A stretch of 64,000 nucleotides of DNA from an uncultured Clostridia bacterium. GTDB taxonomy: Bacteria > Bacillota > Clostridia > Oscillospirales > Oscillospiraceae. How positions within the stretch are numbered: the first letter of the stretch is position 1; every line of letters starts with the position of its first letter. The translations under genes and the position numbers were made by a program. This document shows, in pieces, positions 54,564-63,100 of this stretch. The notes beneath the pieces were generated by a model, which saw only the letters and a program-made list of their open reading frames with translations, did no database searches and was not told where the DNA came from. The stretch is taken from contig CAMCKD010000003.1 of assembly GCA_945875335.1 (NCBI GenBank), positions 5,693-69,692 of the forward strand. Direction: 5' to 3'.

Positions 54564-55628
54564 TTACAGGCCCAGCTCAGCGGCGGTGTAGTAGCCGGAG
54601 TCAACCAGCAGCTCCTGGATCATGTCGGGAGTGCAGGCCACGGGCTCGCACAGGAAGGAGGGGATGATACCGGTGCCGTTGTCGTAGGTCTCGGTGTCGT
54701 TGATCTCGGGCTCAGTGCCTTCCAGAATGGCGGTTACCATGGTGACAACCTGAGCAGCCAGGGTACGGGTGTCCTTGAACACGGACATGGACTGAGTGCC
54801 TTCCAGCATGGAGATGGTGGAGAGGATGTCGCAGTCCTGGCCAGTCAGAACGGGCCATTCGCCAGTGTAGTTGGCCTTCAGAGCGTTCTGGACGCCCAGA
54901 GAGGTGGAGTCGTTGGAGCACAGAACGGCATCCAGCTTGGTGCCATCGGCGTAGTAGGAGCTCAGGATGTTCTCGAAGCGGGCCTGAGCAGCGTCGGTAG
55001 CCCAGTTAGCGGTAGCAACAACGGCCTTCTCGGTCTGGCCGGAGGGGCAGACCAGCTTGCCGGACTCCAGGTAAGGAGTCAGGATGCTCATAGCGCCGTC
55101 GAAGAAGAAGTTGATGTTGTTGTCGCCGGGGTCGCCGGTGATGAACTCGATGTTGAAGGGGCCTTCGGCCTCGTCCAGCTTCAGAGCGTCACGGATGAAC
55201 TCGCCCTGCTTCACGCCAACCAGCCAGTTGTCGAAGGTAGCGTAGTAAGTAACGGCGTCGGAGTTCATGATCAGACGGTCATAAGCGATGACGGGGATGC
55301 CGGCTTCCTTGGCCTGAGCCAGAACGGTGCCCAGAGAGTCGCCGTCGATGGAAGCGATGACCAGAACCTGGCAGCCGTCAGCGATCATGGTCTCAACCTG
55401 AGAAACCTGAGTGGGGATGTCGTTGGCAGCGTACAGCAGCTCGACTTCGTAGCCGGCTTCCTTCAGCTGCTTCTCCATGTTGGCGCCGTCCTGGTTCCAA
55501 CGCTGCAGGTCCTGGGTGGGCATGGAAACGCCGACCAGCTTGCCTTCTGCCTTGGCAGTGCCGCTGACGCAGACGCAGCAGGCAACGACCAGAGCCAGAA
55601 CGATCACGAGGGAAAGAATCTTCTTCAT
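54564..55628 (-). CDS. sugar ABC transporter substrate-binding lipoprotein/secreted protein (ChvE-like)
   Basis: Signal peptide; KLVGVSMPTQDLQRWNQDG..VLVIASIDGDSL..IPVIAYDRL pattern; AAGGAGG RBS. Confidence 0.85.
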   Translation of the reverse strand: MKKILSLVIVLALVVACCVCVSGTAKAEGKLVGVSMPTQDLQRWNQDGANMEKQLKEAGYEVELLYAANDIPTQVSQVETMIADGCQVLVIASIDGDSLGTVLAQAKEAGIPVIAYDRLIMNSDAVTYYATFDNWLVGVKQGEFIRDALKLDEAEGPFNIEFITGDPGDNNINFFFDGAMSILTPYLESGKLVCPSGQTEKAVVATANWATDAAQARFENILSSYYADGTKLDAVLCSNDSTSLGVQNALKANYTGEWPVLTGQDCDILSTISMLEGTQSMSVFKDTRTLAAQVVTMVTAILEGTEPEINDTETYDNGTGIIPSFLCEPVACTPDMIQELLVDSGYYTAAELGL

Positions 55629-56048
55629 TTGTGTGTGCCTCCTTAAAATTTATGTTACAGCTCCTTTGGAGCAATAACTACATTCCATACAAGACGATCG
55701 CCATTCCATTTCATCACAGGTGAAATGGTAAACGGGACGCCCCATTTTCGGAAGATTTTGTGGGAAACCACAAGAACCGAGATAATAATACCATTCCTTG
55801 CCCTGCTTTGCAAGGCGGGGTTTTGTACAAGATTCACAAATGCTTTTTATGTAATTTGCCAATCGAAATCGATTTCACAGCCAACGCTCCAATGCATAAT
55901 ATACAAATTAGCTTTTTCAATTGTATTCTTTTGTGCTGATAACGGCAATCCCTGGCCGCCTTCCACGCCAGCTCCGGGACGCAAAAAGGTTGCCTTTTGG
56001 CAAAAAGCGTGGTATGATGTTGTGGTTTTCAGGAAAGGAGGCAATTCC

Positions 56049-56579
56049 ATGGCAGCCACCCAGGAATGGAATGATATATACGACGAAAACCGCAGCCTCA
56101 CCGGCCGGGTGCATCTGCGGGGAACCCCCTGGGCACCGGGTGATTATGGTCTGGTGGTATGCGTGTGGGTCTACGACGGCTCCGGGCACATTCTGCTGAC
56201 CCGCCGGGCCAAGGGGAAGAGCTTCCACGGCACCTGGGAGAATTCCGGCGGTGCTGCCAAGGCGGGAGAAACCAGCCGCCAGGCCATCGCCCGGGAGCTT
56301 TTCGAGGAAACCGGCATCCGGGCAGCAGAGGAGGAATTCGAGTACCTCTGCTCTGACCGGGACAAAAACACCTTTTATGATTTTTACTGCCTGAAACGGC
56401 GGATTTCCCTGAAAAAGATCGTACTGCTCCCCGGGGAGACCGACGGAGTCATGTGGGCGGGCTTTGGGAAAATTCACTGGATGATCCGCACCAAGAAAAT
56501 CTGCCGCGTCATCGCCGCCCAATACCGCCGCCAGGAAAACGAACTGAAAAAGCGCAATTTCAACAAGCATCGTTGTTGA
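56049..56579 (+). CDS. NUDIX hydrolase
   Basis: Nudix box GGAAKAGETSRQAIARELFEETGI; AGGAAAGGAGG RBS; start is in frame within track ORF 55725. Confidence 0.8.
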   Translation: MAATQEWNDIYDENRSLTGRVHLRGTPWAPGDYGLVVCVWVYDGSGHILLTRRAKGKSFHGTWENSGGAAKAGETSRQAIARELFEETGIRAAEEEFEYLCSDRDKNTFYDFYCLKRRISLKKIVLLPGETDGVMWAGFGKIHWMIRTKKICRVIAAQYRRQENELKKRNFNKHRC

Positions 56580-56711
56580 ATTTTGGCAAATTCGTCAGCA
56601 CCTTTCTCTTGCATTTTTTGTTTATTGTATGTTATTATAAAAGAAAGCGTTTTTCGCGGCGAATCCGCAGAATGCTTTCTTTTTTATTTATAAGTTTGGA
56701 GGCAACCAACC

Positions 56712-57347
56712 ATGATTACATTGATGCATCTGCCCGTCCGCCGGGGCAACGCTCCTCTGCGCATCGCCCACGGTCACTTTGCAACCAACCATTCCCACAT
56801 CAACTACTTTGTGGATATTACTTACCAGAAGACCCGCCTCAGCGAGGCAAAGGACAGCGCCCACCAGCTGGTGCAGAATTTTGTCAACGACACACCGGTG
56901 GATACCATCCTCTGCCTGGACGGCACCTCGGTTCTTGGCACCTGCGTGGCTGAGGAGCTGACCAAGAGTGGCTTCCGCACCATTAACGCCCACCAGACCA
57001 TCTACATTCTGGAGCCCGAGTACAACTCCAACTCCCAGATCATCTTCCGGGACAACAATGTGAACATGATCCGGGGCAAGAATGTTTTGGTGCTGATGGC
57101 CTCCGTGACCACCGGCTTCACCGCCAAGCAGGCGCTGCAGGCCATCAACTACTATGGCGGCAACGTGGCCGGTGTGGCTGCCATCTACTCCGCCGTGGAA
57201 GCCGTAGAGGGCTACCCCATCCGCTCCGTCTACACCATCAACGATCTGCCCGGCTACGCAAGCTACGACTACCGGGACTGCCCCTACTGCAAGGAGGGCA
57301 AGAAGATCGACGCCCTGGTCAACAGCTACGGCTATTCCCAGCTCTAA
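56712..57347 (+). CDS. phosphoribosyltransferase-fold (PyrE-like) protein with degenerate PRPP motif
   Basis: VLVLMASVTTGFT sits where PRTases have hhhhDD-hh-TGxT; C-terminal DCPYC; GGAGG RBS. Confidence 0.65.
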   Translation: MITLMHLPVRRGNAPLRIAHGHFATNHSHINYFVDITYQKTRLSEAKDSAHQLVQNFVNDTPVDTILCLDGTSVLGTCVAEELTKSGFRTINAHQTIYILEPEYNSNSQIIFRDNNVNMIRGKNVLVLMASVTTGFTAKQALQAINYYGGNVAGVAAIYSAVEAVEGYPIRSVYTINDLPGYASYDYRDCPYCKEGKKIDALVNSYGYSQL

Positions 57348-57367
57348 AAACGATTATCATCATTTCC

Positions 57368-57404
57368 ACCAGGCGGGGGTATCCTCCGCCTGGTGCGTTT
57401 ATTT
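57368..57404 (+). terminator. rho-independent terminator
   Basis: ACCAGGCGG / CCGCCTGGT stem followed by GCGTTTATTT. Confidence 0.6.
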
Positions 57405-57413
57405 GAAACGGTC

Positions 57414-57721
57414 AAATTGTTGTTTGATGCACCAGCCACTGTAGGGGAGGCTCGTAGCCTCCCGCGCAGTACAGACTTTCAGTTACCAACCAGAATGGGC
57501 GAATTCGTACCAGTTTACCACATTTGTACCATTCAACCTAACACTCAGTTGACAAACCTGGCGGGAGGCTACGAGCCTCCCCTACAGTAGCGTTGCAAAA
57601 ACTGGGGGCGATACCACAGCAACAAGGACACCCCCTCAGCCTTCGGCAACTCCCCCAGTGGGGGAGCCAAGGGTGTGCGATAAACAACAATTTGACGGCT
57701 TGTGGGAACAGCGATAAGCAC
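57414..57721. repeat. composite MITE-like repeat, copy R5 (inverted relative to R1)
   Basis: The reverse complement aligns to 3069..3351 with roughly 10 mismatches by eye; same TIRs and the outer ..CGATAAGCAC end. Confidence 0.8.
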
Positions 57722-57808
57722 ATTGCAGTAAGTATCCCATCCTGCTTCAAAGGTTTTTGGCGCATTTTCCGATTTTGCCTTTTTCCCTTTCGGTCATCCC
57801 AAATCGCC

Positions 57809-57837
57809 TTGACTTCGGTTTTCTGCCATGCTATAAT
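57809..57837 (+). promoter_or_regulatory. sigma-A-type promoter (TTGACT-17-TATAAT) of the pyr operon
   Basis: -35 at 57809..57814, -10 at 57832..57837. Confidence 0.6.
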
Positions 57838-57869
57838 CTACGGAAATGCGGCGCTTTTGCCAGCTGCGT

Positions 57870-57896
57870 CCTGCCGCCTTCCGGCAGGTTTTTTTC
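57870..57896 (+). terminator. leader terminator/attenuator upstream of pyrC
   Basis: CCTGCCG-CCTTC-CGGCAGG followed by T7; sits between the promoter and the pyrC RBS. Confidence 0.6.
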
Positions 57897-57928
57897 TGAA
57901 CATCCCAAGATATTGAAAGGAGACCGTT

Positions 57929-59143
57929 ATGACTGATCGTATCAAGGCAAAGGTGATTTCCCCTTCCCTGGATGCTTCTTTCACTCAGGGCCTTGTTTCC
58001 TTTTTTTGCGGCGGCGAGCTTGGTGTTTTCAATTCCCCTGGGTTCGTTGTTTTTCCCGGTTTCTGTGATGTGCATGTGCATTTCAGAGAGCCGGGATTTT
58101 CTTATAAGGAGACCATTGCCACCGGCAGCCGGGCAGCGGCCAGGGGCGGCTACACCGATGTTTGCACCATGCCCAATCTGAATCCCGTGCCGGACTGCCC
58201 GGAGCGTCTGCGCCGCCAGCAGGAGCTCATCGACCGGGACGCCTGCATCCACGTCCACCCCTATGGGGCCATTACTGTGGGCCAAAAGGGAGAAGCGCTT
58301 TCAGACCTTGCCGGGATGGCAGAACACTGCATCGCCTTTTCCGACGACGGCCGGGGGGTGCAGAGCGATGACCTGATGCGCCAGGCCATGCTGGAAGCCA
58401 AGCGGCTGAACAAAATGATCGTGGCCCACTGCGAGGTCAACGAGCTGCTGCGGGGTGGCTACATCCACGACGGGGAATACGCAAAGCTTCACGGCCACAA
58501 GGGCATCTGCTCTGAAAGCGAATGGGTGCAGATTGCCCGGGATTTGGAGCTGGTGAAGGAAATCGGCTGCGCCTACCACGTTTGCCACATCTCCACCAAG
58601 GAGAGCGTGGACATCATCCGCAAGGCCAAGGCAGAGGGCGTCAACGTCACCTGCGAAACCGGCCCCCACTACCTGATTCTGGACGACAGCTGCCTGCGGG
58701 AGGATGGGCGGTTCAAGATGAATCCCCCACTGCGGAGCAAGGAAGACCGGGAAGCACTGGTGCAGGGTCTGCTGGACGGCACCATCGACATGATCGCCAC
58801 CGACCATGCCCCCCACAGCGCCGAGGAAAAGAGCAAAGGTCTTCAAAAGAGCGCCTTCGGCATCGTGGGCATTGAGACCGCCTTTCCCCTGCTCTACACC
58901 TATCTGGTGAAGCCCGGCATCCTCAGCCTGGAGCGGCTGGTGGAGCTGCTGACGGTGAATCCCAGAAAGCGCTTCGGCATGGAAAGCCACGGGGACTTCA
59001 CCGTGTGGGATTTGGATGTGTCTTCCAAAATCGACCCCACGGAATTCCTCTCCATGGGCAAATCCACTCCCTTCACCGGCTGGCAGGTCAGCGGCAAATG
59101 CATGGCCACCGTGTGTGACGGAAAAATCGTTTACAGAGCTTAA
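57929..59143 (+). CDS. pyrC: dihydroorotase
   Basis: FPGFCDVHVHFREPG metal-binding motif, DHAPH motif; AAAGGAG RBS. Confidence 0.9.
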   Translation: MTDRIKAKVISPSLDASFTQGLVSFFCGGELGVFNSPGFVVFPGFCDVHVHFREPGFSYKETIATGSRAAARGGYTDVCTMPNLNPVPDCPERLRRQQELIDRDACIHVHPYGAITVGQKGEALSDLAGMAEHCIAFSDDGRGVQSDDLMRQAMLEAKRLNKMIVAHCEVNELLRGGYIHDGEYAKLHGHKGICSESEWVQIARDLELVKEIGCAYHVCHISTKESVDIIRKAKAEGVNVTCETGPHYLILDDSCLREDGRFKMNPPLRSKEDREALVQGLLDGTIDMIATDHAPHSAEEKSKGLQKSAFGIVGIETAFPLLYTYLVKPGILSLERLVELLTVNPRKRFGMESHGDFTVWDLDVSSKIDPTEFLSMGKSTPFTGWQVSGKCMATVCDGKIVYRA

Positions 59144-59190
59144 CATCTTTCTACCATTTTCACGCAGATTTACAAGGAGGTAAATTTCAA

Positions 59191-62100
59191 ATGGCAAAGA
59201 GAACAGACATCAAGAAGGTTTTAATCATCGGTTCCGGCCCCATCGTCATCGGCCAGGCTGCGGAGTTTGACTACGCCGGCACCCAGGCGTGCCTCGCGCT
59301 GAAGGAGGAGGGCTACGAGGTCATCCTGGCCAACTCCAACCCCGCCACCATCATGACCGACACCACCATCGCCGACAAGGTGTACATGGAGCCCCTGACC
59401 CTGGAATACATCGCCAAGATCATCCGCTATGAGCGGCCCGACGCCATTGTCCCCGGCATCGGCGGACAGACGGGTCTGAACCTGGCCATGCAGCTGGAAA
59501 AGAAGGGCATTCTGAAGGAGTGCCGGGTGGAGCTGCTGGGCACCAGCTTCTCCTCCATCGAGCGGGCAGAGGACCGAGAGCTGTTCAAGGAGATGTGCAT
59601 GTCCATCGGCGAGCCTGTGATTCCCTCCGAAATCACCTATTCTCTGGAAGAAGCCAAGGAAGCAGCGAGTCGCATCGGCTATCCCGTGGTGCTGCGGCCT
59701 GCCTTCACCCTGGGCGGCACCGGCGGCGGCTTTGCCTACAATGAGGAAGAGCTGATCGAGGTGGGCCTGAACGCCTTCAACCTCTCCCCCGTTCACCAGG
59801 TGCTGGTGGAAAAGAGCGTGAAGGGCTACAAGGAAATCGAGTTTGAGGTCATGCGGGACTCCAACGACCATGCCATCACCATCTGCGGCATGGAGAACAT
59901 CGACCCCGTGGGCGTCCACACCGGCGACAGCCTGGTGGTTGCCCCCATCATGACCCTCAGCGACCACGACCTGAAGATGCTGAACGACTCCGCCATCAAG
60001 ATCATCCGGGAGCTGAAAATTGAGGGCGGCTGCAACGTCCAGTTTGCTCTGAATCCCAATTCCTCCGAATACTTCCTCATTGAGGTCAATCCCCGGGTGT
60101 CCCGTTCCTCCGCCCTGGCTTCCAAGGCCTCCGGCTACCCCATCGCCCGGGTCACCGCCAAAATCGCCATGGGCATGGCTCTGGAGGACATCAAGATCGC
60201 CAACACCACCGCCGCCTTTGAGCCTCAGCTGGACTATGTGGTTGCCAAGCTGCCCCGGTTCCCCTTCGATAAGTTCACCACTGCCCCCAACACCCTGGGC
60301 ACCCAGATGAAGGCCACCGGCGAGGTCATGGGCATCGGCTCCAACCTGGAGGAGTGCCTGCTGAAATCCGTCCGCTCCCTGGAAAACGGCGCTTACCACT
60401 TCTATCTGGCGAAGTTCGATGATATGCCCACCGAGGAGATGCTGGAGTACATCAGCGTGTTCCGGGACGACAATTTCTTCGCCATCGCCGAGCTGATTCA
60501 CCGGGGTGTCACCGTGGCTGAAATTGCCAAAATCACCCAGATTGCTCCCTTCTTCCTGGAAGCGGTGGAGCACATCATTGACATGGAGCACAAGCTCTCC
60601 GCCAATGTAGGCAGCCTGGAAGTCCTGAAGGAGTCCAAGCGCATCGGCTTCAGCGACCGCTACATCGCCCGTCTGTGGAAGCAGAAGGAGATGGAGGTCT
60701 GGAATCTGCGCAAGAAGGAGAACATCTTCCCCGTGTTCCGCATGGTGGACACCTGCCACACCGGGGCCTATATCCCCTATTTCTATTCCAGCTACTCAGG
60801 CTCCAACGACTCCATCCTCACCGATAAGAAGAAGATCATGGTGCTGGGCGCCGGCCCCATCCGCATCGGCCAGGGCGTGGAATTCGACTACTCCACCGTC
60901 CATGCGGTGAATACCATTCGTCAGATGGGCTATGAAGCCATCATCGTCAATAATAACCCCGAGACCGTCTCCACCGACTACACCACCGCCGACAAGCTGT
61001 ACTTCGAGCCCCTGACCCCCGAGGATGTGATGAACATCATCGAGTTTGAAAAGCCCGAGGGCGTGATTGCCACCCTGGGCGGCCAGACCGCCATCAACCT
61101 GGCCCAGCCGCTGATGGAGCGGGGTGTGAAGATCATCGGCACCGACTGCGCCGCTATCGACAAGGCGGAGAACCGGGACCTGTTTGAAAAGCTGCTGGTG
61201 GAGCTGGATATTCCCCAGCCCGAGGGCAAGGCCGTAACCAAAATTGAGGACGGCATTGCGGCAGCCGCAAAAATCGGCTATCCCGTGCTGGTGCGTCCCA
61301 GCTTCGTGCTGGGCGGCCGGGCCATGCAGATCGTCTCCAACGAGAGCCAGCTGGTGCAGTACCTGAAAACCGCCGTGGAAATTGATGCGGACAAGCCCGT
61401 GCTGGTGGATAAGTACATCCAGGGCCGGGAGGTAGAGATCGACGCCATCTGCGACGGCCACGATGTGTTCGTCCCCGGCATCATGGAGCTGGTGGAGCGC
61501 ACCGGCGTCCACTCCGGCGACTCCATCTCTGTCTACCCCACCTTCTCCATCTCCGACAAGGTCAAGGGCATCATCCTGCAGTATGCCAAGAAGCTGGGCT
61601 TAGGCATCGGCATTGTGGGCCTGTTTAACGTCCAGTTCATCGTGGACAAAAACGACAAGGTCTACATCATCGAGGTCAACCCCCGCTCCTCCCGCACCGT
61701 TCCCTTCCTGAGCAAGGCCACCGGCTACTCCCTGGCGGACATCGCCACCCAGGTGATTCTGGGCAAGACCTTGAAGGAGCAGGGCATCTTCCACATCTAT
61801 CCCGAAGAGAAGCAGCGCTGGTATGCCAAGGCTCCCGTGTTCTCCTTCAATAAGATTCGGGGTCTGGATGCCTACCTGTCCCCGGAGATGAAATCCACCG
61901 GCGAGGCCATCGGCTATGACCGCACCCTGACCCGCGCCCTGTATAAGGCCCTGCAGGCCTCCGGCATGAAGCTGCAGAATTACGGCACCGTCTTCGCCAC
62001 CATTGCCCAGGGGGACAAGGAAGAGGCACTTCCTCTGATTCGCCGGTTCTACCAGCTGGGCTTCAACATCGAGGCCACCCCCGGCACCGCCGAGTTCCTG

Positions 62101-62358
62101 AAAAAGCACGGCATCCGCACCCATACGCTGAAGAAAATCAGCGAGGACCCCAACGAGATTCCCGAGGCCCTGCGCCAGGGTCACATCGCCTATGTGATCA
62201 ACACCCGCACCCCCGGTGCCGACGAGAAGGACGGCATTACCATCCGCCAGATTTCCACGGAGTACAACGTGAACATCTTCACCTCCCTGGATACCGTGAA
62301 GGTGCTGCTGGACGTGCTGGAGGAGATCACCCTGACCATTTCCACCATCGACGCCTAA
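59191..62358 (+). CDS. carB: carbamoyl-phosphate synthase large subunit
   Basis: 1055 aa, duplicated ATP-grasp halves (GSGPIVIGQAAEFDYAG / GAGPIRIGQGVEFDY), MGS-like C-terminus. Confidence 0.95.
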   Translation: MAKRTDIKKVLIIGSGPIVIGQAAEFDYAGTQACLALKEEGYEVILANSNPATIMTDTTIADKVYMEPLTLEYIAKIIRYERPDAIVPGIGGQTGLNLAMQLEKKGILKECRVELLGTSFSSIERAEDRELFKEMCMSIGEPVIPSEITYSLEEAKEAASRIGYPVVLRPAFTLGGTGGGFAYNEEELIEVGLNAFNLSPVHQVLVEKSVKGYKEIEFEVMRDSNDHAITICGMENIDPVGVHTGDSLVVAPIMTLSDHDLKMLNDSAIKIIRELKIEGGCNVQFALNPNSSEYFLIEVNPRVSRSSALASKASGYPIARVTAKIAMGMALEDIKIANTTAAFEPQLDYVVAKLPRFPFDKFTTAPNTLGTQMKATGEVMGIGSNLEECLLKSVRSLENGAYHFYLAKFDDMPTEEMLEYISVFRDDNFFAIAELIHRGVTVAEIAKITQIAPFFLEAVEHIIDMEHKLSANVGSLEVLKESKRIGFSDRYIARLWKQKEMEVWNLRKKENIFPVFRMVDTCHTGAYIPYFYSSYSGSNDSILTDKKKIMVLGAGPIRIGQGVEFDYSTVHAVNTIRQMGYEAIIVNNNPETVSTDYTTADKLYFEPLTPEDVMNIIEFEKPEGVIATLGGQTAINLAQPLMERGVKIIGTDCAAIDKAENRDLFEKLLVELDIPQPEGKAVTKIEDGIAAAAKIGYPVLVRPSFVLGGRAMQIVSNESQLVQYLKTAVEIDADKPVLVDKYIQGREVEIDAICDGHDVFVPGIMELVERTGVHSGDSISVYPTFSISDKVKGIILQYAKKLGLGIGIVGLFNVQFIVDKNDKVYIIEVNPRSSRTVPFLSKATGYSLADIATQVILGKTLKEQGIFHIYPEEKQRWYAKAPVFSFNKIRGLDAYLSPEMKSTGEAIGYDRTLTRALYKALQASGMKLQNYGTVFATIAQGDKEEALPLIRRFYQLGFNIEATPGTAEFLKKHGIRTHTLKKISEDPNEIPEALRQGHIAYVINTRTPGADEKDGITIRQISTEYNVNIFTSLDTVKVLLDVLEEITLTISTIDA

Positions 62359-62368
62359 GATTTGAAAA

Positions 62369-63100
62369 ATGAAACAGGTTATTTTTGAAATTGAATCCAA
62401 CGAGGCCCTGACCCGGGAGGTCTACCGCATGGTGCTCTCCGGGGACACCTCCGCCATCACCGCGCCGGGACAGTTTGTGGAAATCGCTCTGCCCGGAAAG
62501 TTCCTGCGGCGGCCGATTTCTGTCAACGACCGGTCGGAAAACAGCCTGACCCTTATCTATAAGGTGGTTGGCAGCGGCACCGAGCAGATGGCAAACCTTC
62601 CCGCCGGAACCAAGCTGGATCTGCTCACCGGATTGGGCAACGGCTACGACACTTCCCGCAGTGGAGAAACCCCCGTGCTGGTGGGCGGCGGCGTCGGCGT
62701 TCCCCCGCTCTACGGCCTTTGCAAAGCCCTTCTGGCAGAGGGAAAGAAGCCCAGCGTGGTTCTGGGCTTTAACAAGGAAAGCGAGATTTTCCTGAAAGAG
62801 GCGTTTGAAGCACTGGGCGTCCCCACCTACATTGCAACGGCTGACGGAAGCTGCGGCACAAAGGGCTTCGTCACCGATGTGCTGAAAAACATGGATTACT
62901 CCTATTTCTATTCCTGCGGCCCCATGCCCATGTTCCGGGCCATGGAAGCGGTGGTCACCACCTCCGGCCAGTATAGCTTTGAGGAACGGATGGGCTGCGG
63001 CTTCGGTGCCTGCATGGGCTGCTCCATCCAGACAAAGAGCGGGGCAAAACGGGTCTGCAAGGACGGCCCCGTCTTCCGGCGAGAGGAGGTATTCTATTGA
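62369..63100 (+). CDS. pyrK: dihydroorotate dehydrogenase (NAD+) electron-transfer subunit
   Basis: FAD/NAD-binding fold (RRPISV), C-terminal 2Fe-2S ligands CGFGACMGCS..C. Confidence 0.9.
   Translation: MKQVIFEIESNEALTREVYRMVLSGDTSAITAPGQFVEIALPGKFLRRPISVNDRSENSLTLIYKVVGSGTEQMANLPAGTKLDLLTGLGNGYDTSRSGETPVLVGGGVGVPPLYGLCKALLAEGKKPSVVLGFNKESEIFLKEAFEALGVPTYIATADGSCGTKGFVTDVLKNMDYSYFYSCGPMPMFRAMEAVVTTSGQYSFEERMGCGFGACMGCSIQTKSGAKRVCKDGPVFRREEVFY

Noticed and set aside
51499-55646. Plus-strand ORFs 51499..52881, 52800..54479 and 54522..55646
   Set aside because: Antisense to the three ABC transporter genes, whose Walker/signature motifs and signal peptide are on the minus strand.
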